From NCBI GenBank assembly GCA_023489405.1, contig JAMDCW010000050.1, positions 6,818-40,002 on the forward strand: DNA of 33,185 nt, read 5' to 3'. Made by a program: the position numbers and the translations under genes. The notes beneath the pieces are model-generated. The model ran no database searches. It saw only the letters and a program-made list of their open reading frames with translations, and was not told the DNA's origin. The DNA comes from Chloroflexota bacterium. GTDB taxonomy: Bacteria > Chloroflexota > UBA4733. Shown in pieces: positions 27,381 through 33,185 of the stretch; positions within the stretch are counted from its first letter, which is position 1, and each line of letters begins with the position of its first letter.

Positions 27381-27407
27381 ATAGAAGATCGTCGTAAGCT
27401 CTTCTAT
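27381..27407. repeat. 8-bp inverted repeat between the adaptor and LysR genes
   Basis: ATAGAAGA-N11-TCTTCTAT; could be a terminator or an operator. Confidence 0.4.
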
Positions 27408-27444
27408 GCTAACTGGCTACAGCTTTGATAGATTGTAGTGTCAC

Positions 27445-28389
27445 GTGTTGACAATAGCCGAATTGCAGGTCTTTGACGCTGTCGCTCGCTATCATCACTT
27501 TACTCGCGCAGCGGAAGAGCTTGGTATTGCCCAACCATCAGTAACTTATCATGTTCGGGAGCTTGAGCGTCATCTAGGCGTCCAGCTTGTAGAGCTTGTT
27601 GGACGGCGAATACGCTTGACTGATGCAGGAGAACGTTTGGCTGTTCGTGTTGCTGCTATCCTAAGCGATCTTCACGATCTTGATGAGGAGATGCTCGAGT
27701 ATCAAATCGGAGCGCGTGGCCAGTTGCGGTTGGGGGCAACCCGCACTGTGGGAGGCTATGCTCTTGCCCCGGCGCTTTTGCAGTTCTATCGGCGTTTTCC
27801 TAAAGCTTCTTTTTCTCTCCAGATCGATAACACGGTAGCGATTGAGCGACTCTTGCTTGAGCGTCAGCTTGATCTAGCGCTCGTAGAATGGGAGGTGATA
27901 AGTCCTGACTTACTGGTAGAGCCACTGCGGCAAGATGCCCTACTGCTCGTGTGTTCTCCTGAACACCACCTAGCACATCAAGCAGGTGTCGATATCACGG
28001 AGCTCAGCGGTCAAGCATTCGTCATGCGGGAACGCGGTTCCGGGACGCGAGCACTAGCAGAGAAGGCACTTGCCCCAGTCCTCCACTCACTGCGGATTGT
28101 CTTGGAAATTGCCGAACCTGAGGCAATCGTTCGCGCTGTTCAAGCAGGGATCGGTCTGTCGTTTCTCTCGGAAACAATCGTCCGACATCATCTCCAGGAA
28201 GGTACGTTGGTTGCTATTCCTCTATCTCACGTAGATCTCGTTCGGAACTTTTCGCTCGTTCGTGTTGCTGATCGTCGTGCGTCAACAGTAGTGGCGGCGT
28301 TTATAGAGATTGTCCGAAAAACGCTGCGAAACAATAGGCACGCAGCGAAAACTCCTGAAGGCATATCTAATGGTAAGAGGGTTTTATAA
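27445..28389 (+). CDS. LysR-family transcriptional regulator (CysL/CmpR-like)
   Basis: HFTRAAEELGIAQPSVT HTH, LTDAGE, MRERGSGTR and VQAGIGLSFLS motifs. Confidence 0.93.
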   Translation: MLTIAELQVFDAVARYHHFTRAAEELGIAQPSVTYHVRELERHLGVQLVELVGRRIRLTDAGERLAVRVAAILSDLHDLDEEMLEYQIGARGQLRLGATRTVGGYALAPALLQFYRRFPKASFSLQIDNTVAIERLLLERQLDLALVEWEVISPDLLVEPLRQDALLLVCSPEHHLAHQAGVDITELSGQAFVMRERGSGTRALAEKALAPVLHSLRIVLEIAEPEAIVRAVQAGIGLSFLSETIVRHHLQEGTLVAIPLSHVDLVRNFSLVRVADRRASTVVAAFIEIVRKTLRNNRHAAKTPEGISNGKRVL

Positions 28390-28411
28390 CCCCAAGGTTA
28401 CAAAACCCTCT
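28376..28411. terminator. Strong hairpin between the convergent LysR gene and the small ORF; probable bidirectional terminator
   Basis: AGAGGGTTTTATAACC-CCAA-GGTTACAAAACCCTCT, 15 of 16 complementary (the mismatch is G-U on the minus strand). U-tract is weak. Confidence 0.5.
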
Positions 28412-28428
28412 GCGCAGTTCGAGCGTTA

Positions 28429-28593
28429 CTACGCTTGCCATAAGCGTCGACGGACGAAATTGATCAATCGAGTAGGAAGATTAGATATCTGCTTACGCTG
28501 CAACTTTGCATACCGAGCGATACGGTGGCTTTCTGCCGCTTCACGTAGTCGTTCTTCATAAATTGTCTGTCCGATACCAACATAAGGTAGCAC
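28429..28593 (-). CDS. Small hypothetical protein, 54 aa (below the ORF-track cutoff)
   Basis: SD AAAGGAGGAGG, then GTG: MLPYVGIGQTIYEERLREAAESHRIARYAKLQRKQISNLPTRLINFVRRRLWQA*. Followed by the hairpin. Confidence 0.7.
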   Translation of the reverse strand: MLPYVGIGQTIYEERLREAAESHRIARYAKLQRKQISNLPTRLINFVRRRLWQA

Positions 28594-28681
28594 TGCTGCC
28601 TCCTCCTTTCAATCCCATTTTCTCAATTGCTATCCTCCGTGTAATTTGGAGACGGGCGCCACGAACACTATGAATAGTTAG

Positions 28682-28697
28682 GCGTCTTCTAAGACGC
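28682..28697. promoter_or_regulatory. Perfect palindrome, candidate operator in the divergent promoter region
   Basis: GCGTCTT-CT-AAGACGC. Confidence 0.35.
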
Positions 28698-28792
28698 ACT
28701 CTGTATGAAGGACATCGGTCGTAAAGCTGTTATGTAAGAGCAGGCGTACCGTCCTCCCCGAGTAGCTCTTTAGGGGGCGGACATGCGTAGCC

Positions 28793-31504
28793 GTGTATCA
28801 ACGTGCTACGATGAGTAGGCAATCGTCGGAGCCCTACGAATGGCGATTGAGAGGCTGCTCACCAGTGCACGCTACACATCGGCTCGGGAACTCTGCGAGT
28901 ACTGATGCCAGCGAAAGTTTCGGTGAGGTCCTACGTCGCTACCGCCTGGAAGCAGGGTTGACTCAGGAACAGTTAGCTGAAGGCGCGGAGATGAGTGTGC
29001 GTGGCCTTCAGAAACTCGAGCGTGGCCAGACGAGACCATACCGCGAAACCCTCGAGCGCCTTATTCAGGCGCTTCGACTCGAAGAAGACGAGGCGGCACA
29101 TTTGCGTCTATTGGGACGCCCCCAGCCGCGCCGCACAGATGAGCCTGATGCGGAGGTGATGCCTGATACCAGTGCCCACAATCTACCCAGGTTACTGACG
29201 GATTTGATCGGTCGTACACAAGAGCTTGCCGACCTCGAACGCCTCTTGAGCTCCGTTCGACTGATAACCATTACAGGGCCAGCAGGCATTGGCAAAACAC
29301 ACTTCACCATTTATGCCGCTTGGCAGCATCTAGCTCGCTATCGGGATGGAGTGTGGTGGATAGATCTCGCCGCTATTACCACTCCGACTAGCGTAGCCCA
29401 AGCGATAGCGAGCGCCCTCCAGATCACTGAGCAACCACCCTATCCAGTTGAAGAGACACTCTATCGATCGCTGCGCGATGACCAGGCGTTACTCTGTTTA
29501 GATGGTTGTGATCGTGTGATTATTCCAACAGCACACATCGTTGATCATCTTCTCCGTAGTTGTCCAGGCATCTGCATACTTGCTACCAGTCGCGAGCCTC
29601 TGCGTGTTTCAGGAGAACAGCTTCTCCGCTTACAGCCACTGGGATATCCCACAAACCCAAGATCGGTGACGGTGGAAGAAGCTTTAACCTGGTCCGCTAT
29701 ACACCTCTTTATCGATCGGGCGAGAGCGAGCGACCCAACTTTTGCTCTAACTTTGGAAAATCTTCCATACCTGCTTGAGATCTGTGAGCAGCTCGATGGA
29801 TTACCACTTGCTCTAGAATTAGCCGCAGGATGTGTCAGTGCGCTCAGCGTTGCTCAAATTGCGGAGCGATTGCATGAGCGCTTCATTCTACTGACGGGCG
29901 GGAGTCGAAGTGCTCCTCAGCGGCATCAGACGCTCCGTGCTGCCATCGATTGGAGCTATGATCTCCTCGACGCCGAACAGCAACGCCTATTTGATCGCCT
30001 CTCGATCTTTGCCAGCGGATGGGACCTGGAAGCTGCCGAAGCTATCTGTGCCGGTCCGGACCTTGAAACAGCACAGGTTGTTCAGTTGATGGTGCAGTTG
30101 GTTTCTCGATCTGTGGTGATGGCTGATACGCGCCATCCGTTAGCACGCCGTTACTATCTGCTTGAGACCCTCCGACTATATGGTCAGCAGCGTTTGCGCG
30201 AACGAGGTGAGCTGTCTGCAATGCGGGAGCGCCACGTTCGCTATTTTCTCGATCTCGCTCGTCAAGCCGCAGCAGAAAGCTCCTCACCTCAAAGTCGTTC
30301 ACTCTGGCTCGGACGAATCGAACGGGATGAAGCGAACTTCTGTGTAGCTTTCCAATGGCTCCACGAACACCGCCGTGTACGAGACCTCGCCGAACTGGCT
30401 AATGCTCTCACCGTCTACTGGCATATGCAGAATCACTACTCGGATGCTCAGGCAAGATTGAACCAGGTGCTGGCGTGCTCAGAGCTTGCGAGCTTTGAAC
30501 GAGAGCACGAACGCACACTCTACAATGCGGGCACAATAATGCTAGCTATCGGTGAATATCGGCGAGCGTGGGAGCTGCTCATTCGTGCCGTGGCTATCGC
30601 TCGCTCTTTGAATGATCCGATTGAACTGGCCCAGGTTTTGGGTAGTGCGGCAGAGGTAGCGATCCATAATCGTGAACGGTTCGCTCAGCCGCTCTTAGAA
30701 GAGAGCCTAGCTATCTATCAACGGAGTGGCGATCGTACAGGTGAAGCCAAGCGCCTTGGCCAGTTGGGTGTCCTGTTATTGTATGCTGGGAAAATAGAAG
30801 AGGGAACGAGCTTTCTCCAGCGCAGCGTGGCACTCTCTCAAGAAGTTGATGACGCCGTTGGAGTGGCTCACGCTGTTGCTGGCCTTGGTTTAGCGGCTTG
30901 TATTCTCGAGGATTGGGAACTCGCAGAGCGACACTTCCGCGATGCACGAACGCGCTATCGTGCTGTCGCCAATCGGCGCGGAGAAGGGAGGACGTTGTGC
31001 TCCTTGGCGCAAGTAGCCTTGCGAAGACAACAACTGACATCTGCTAGCCGGCTATTACTGGAAAGTCTTGAACTGGCTCGAGAAATCAATCTTCGAGACC
31101 TTGAAGCCTGGGCACTCCTTAATCTTGGACGGCTCTACCGGGAGCGACATAACTTTACTGCGGCAGTTGCACACCTTGCCGAATGCCTCACAATTCGCCT
31201 TACCTTAGGGTATGAGTGGGGCGTAGCCACCACACTGGCTGAGATTGGTGAGGTGTATGAACGGCAGCGCGAATGGCACCGGGCAGTCATATTTTATGCT
31301 GCTGCCGAACGCCGGTTTACTGCGCCAGAGCTGCTCGCTTCACCAGGTGATCCTAGCGGGTATCCGCTTGATCGATTGATCGAGAAGCTGAACACGCTAC
31401 GTCACAGACTAGGAGAAGAGAAGTGGCACCGAGCCTGGGAGTTAGGGCACGGCTTGGAAGACCGTGATCTCAATGTCCCTGGTGAGCAGCTCGTTCAAGT
31501 GTAG
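28793..31504 (+). CDS. XRE-HTH + STAND (NB-ARC/AAA) ATPase + TPR transcriptional regulator; start uncertain
   Basis: FGEVLRRYR..GLTQEQLAE..LERGQ HTH, HNLP, Walker A GPAGIGKT, LATSREPL, LDGLPLALELAA, HQTLRAAIDWSYDLL, C-terminal TPR-like repeats. Confidence 0.9.
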   Translation: MYQRATMSRQSSEPYEWRLRGCSPVHATHRLGNSASTDASESFGEVLRRYRLEAGLTQEQLAEGAEMSVRGLQKLERGQTRPYRETLERLIQALRLEEDEAAHLRLLGRPQPRRTDEPDAEVMPDTSAHNLPRLLTDLIGRTQELADLERLLSSVRLITITGPAGIGKTHFTIYAAWQHLARYRDGVWWIDLAAITTPTSVAQAIASALQITEQPPYPVEETLYRSLRDDQALLCLDGCDRVIIPTAHIVDHLLRSCPGICILATSREPLRVSGEQLLRLQPLGYPTNPRSVTVEEALTWSAIHLFIDRARASDPTFALTLENLPYLLEICEQLDGLPLALELAAGCVSALSVAQIAERLHERFILLTGGSRSAPQRHQTLRAAIDWSYDLLDAEQQRLFDRLSIFASGWDLEAAEAICAGPDLETAQVVQLMVQLVSRSVVMADTRHPLARRYYLLETLRLYGQQRLRERGELSAMRERHVRYFLDLARQAAAESSSPQSRSLWLGRIERDEANFCVAFQWLHEHRRVRDLAELANALTVYWHMQNHYSDAQARLNQVLACSELASFEREHERTLYNAGTIMLAIGEYRRAWELLIRAVAIARSLNDPIELAQVLGSAAEVAIHNRERFAQPLLEESLAIYQRSGDRTGEAKRLGQLGVLLLYAGKIEEGTSFLQRSVALSQEVDDAVGVAHAVAGLGLAACILEDWELAERHFRDARTRYRAVANRRGEGRTLCSLAQVALRRQQLTSASRLLLESLELAREINLRDLEAWALLNLGRLYRERHNFTAAVAHLAECLTIRLTLGYEWGVATTLAEIGEVYERQREWHRAVIFYAAAERRFTAPELLASPGDPSGYPLDRLIEKLNTLRHRLGEEKWHRAWELGHGLEDRDLNVPGEQLVQV

Positions 31505-31729
31505 TCTGCTCCCTACCCTCTTCACTTTCTTCACGTTTCGCCGCGCACTCTTACGACGTGGAGGTGGAGCGTCACCACCGACACCGCGACGGAACCGCTC
31601 GCAGTTGGTGGCAGAGCCCAGAGCAGCGCAACTCCACTCGGGTGGTGTGTACTGCTGCCGGGGGGCTAGCGAGAGCGAGGATCGACAGGGCGCGTTTACA
31701 CTGGAATGCATACATTTGGTGAGAGGAGG

Positions 31730-33184
31730 CTAATGAACGCGCGAGCCATTCCCATACGATCCTCCAGGCCTGACCACGGTAACGTGCGTAAGCGTATACG
31801 TAGAGCGCCCATCCCCGAGAAGCAGACGCTGGCCTGTCTGTAACTGATACAGTCCCACGACGATCTGGTAGGTGCCGGGTGCTGTGCTGGGAGGGACGGG
31901 GACTGCCAGATGATCCGCCACCACCTCATCGGCTACCCAATCATTGGTGGGGAGCTTTCCGCTCTGCGGTCGTGCGTCAAGCTGGAAGACCAATCGACCG
32001 CTCGCATCAAGCGCATGGAGGAAGACGGTGTAGTCCGCTGTTGGATTGCGGACTGCCTGCCATTGCAACGTTATGTCTAGCGACTTTCCCGCTTCTACGT
32101 GGTCCGGGACAGCGGCGCTGAGCAGCCGGATCGTCTGGCCAAAGGTGACGTTAGCGCGAAGAGGCAGCGGTGCCGGTAGGGGCGTTTGTCCACCGCTCGA
32201 TCGGACTACGAGGCGGGCTACGACGGGTTGCGGCTCCGGCTGCCCGGTGACTGTCTGCGCATGGAAGGGCTGGTTGGGGTGACCACGGGGATAGACGTAG
32301 ACAGAGAGCAGGGCGAGGCTCGGTGAAGGAGCATCCGGTACAACCCTCAACGTGACGACGTTGCTCACATTGAGTCCTGAGCGCCACTCAGGCGTAGGAA
32401 TGGTGCCACCAGGCTGAAGATCGCGCTGGGCGAGCAGCGTTCCAGTAGGACTACGAAGCTGGATGGAAAACGCCTCACGGACCGCCGCACGCTGCTCAAC
32501 ATGCCAGAGCAACGTCACCGTAAATGGTTCGCCTGGCGCAAGAGGGTGTGCTGGGACAGTCACCTGCGTCAGCCGTAGGGTGCCATACGTCAGTTGGGGA
32601 TCTACCGACTGCACGCGGTTAGCTGGTGTGGCAGCGACAACGGCTATATGATCAATATGAGCCTCTGGTGCGCCACCGTCGACGCCGAGATACACACCGG
32701 TGCGCAAGTTGACCAGGCGAATGTCCAGATTGTACTGACCTGGTGGCACGTTCGCTGAGAGTGGCACATTCAGCGTATCCTCGATGACTTCGCCAGGAAC
32801 CCAGTCGCTCGTTGGCAGCAAACCACCGTGCGGTATGGAAGTAACGGCGAATAGCTGATATCCATGGCTATCGCGCCCAATAAGCGTGACAGCGTAGCTT
32901 CCATCTGGTGGCTTCTCCACCGACCACTGCGTGGCTACCTGCAGGATCCCACCAGCAGGTACCTGTGCTGGTACCCCCACGCTCGTCAAGACGAGACGTC
33001 CGCCGAATATGATACCGGCCCGCTGCGGCAAGGGTGTCGGAGTAGGAAGAGGCGTGGTGTCTCGCACGGTATATGCCTCTACTACCGGGTCACCGAGAGA
33101 CCGACCGCTCGCAGTGGTAGCCGGAATACGCTGATCAGGTAGATATTCCGGATATACAAGGACAGGAAGGCGCCCAAGAAAAGG
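31730..33184 (-). CDS. C-terminal part of a large protein with three or more tandem Ig-like beta-sandwich domains; 5'-truncated by the window edge
   Basis: The frame stays open to the window end. Three repeats of ..G..L.v.l.W...(Y.V)...PT..W..G..v.D....P...PG.Y, resembling C-terminal domains of Chloroflexota membrane glycosyltransferases (inference). Confidence 0.7.
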   Translation of the reverse strand, partial: PFLGRLPVLVYPEYLPDQRIPATTASGRSLGDPVVEAYTVRDTTPLPTPTPLPQRAGIIFGGRLVLTSVGVPAQVPAGGILQVATQWSVEKPPDGSYAVTLIGRDSHGYQLFAVTSIPHGGLLPTSDWVPGEVIEDTLNVPLSANVPPGQYNLDIRLVNLRTGVYLGVDGGAPEAHIDHIAVVAATPANRVQSVDPQLTYGTLRLTQVTVPAHPLAPGEPFTVTLLWHVEQRAAVREAFSIQLRSPTGTLLAQRDLQPGGTIPTPEWRSGLNVSNVVTLRVVPDAPSPSLALLSVYVYPRGHPNQPFHAQTVTGQPEPQPVVARLVVRSSGGQTPLPAPLPLRANVTFGQTIRLLSAAVPDHVEAGKSLDITLQWQAVRNPTADYTVFLHALDASGRLVFQLDARPQSGKLPTNDWVADEVVADHLAVPVPPSTAPGTYQIVVGLYQLQTGQRLLLGDGRSTYTLTHVTVVRPGGSYGNGSRVH

Positions 33185-33185
33185 C

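Noticed and set aside
28793-31504. Avs/NLR-type antiphage defence system
   Set aside because: The N-terminal domain is an XRE HTH, not a nuclease, TIR or SIR2 effector. The architecture fits common STAND transcriptional regulators.
31721-31843. Plus-strand 36-aa ORF after a GAGGAGG SD-like sequence
   Set aside because: Lies antisense within the Ig-repeat gene and has no other support.
142-33142. Numerous 60-170-aa alternative-frame and antisense ORFs in the track
   Set aside because: Shadow ORFs overlapping well-supported genes, with no motifs or SD sequences.

Overview
Chromosomal, largely housekeeping window from a moderate-GC bacterium. The gene content suggests a monoderm Chloroflexota-like lineage, which is an inference (murT-gatD, a DarA-type c-di-AMP receptor, an RND pump with no adjacent TolC, an XRE-STAND-TPR regulator, and a protein with tandem Ig-like domains). 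Recognisable blocks are murT-gatD, nrtR-pncA-pncB (NAD salvage), tatA-rpmE-prfA-prmC, fni, pdhA-pdhB, purF, an RND permease with its adaptor and a LysR gene, and an XRE-NB-ARC-TPR regulator. I saw no tRNA, rRNA, CRISPR array, IS element or prophage. The best candidate for an undescribed system is the co-oriented 7428-12272 cluster: a small membrane protein, the DarA-like receptor, an internally duplicated orphan protein, a divergent MraY paralog with a C-terminal extension, an APH-fold kinase lacking the catalytic Asp, and an MBL hydrolase. Other signals read directly from the DNA are two long rod-like RNA structures (6155-6259, and 15320-15460 between prfA and prmC), a probable ATA start codon for gatD, a structured uORF-bearing leader before the RND gene, a very long symmetric repeat hairpin in the RND adaptor, and an uncalled 54-aa gene divergent from the STAND regulator. 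All pairings and alignments were done by eye; no database search was run.
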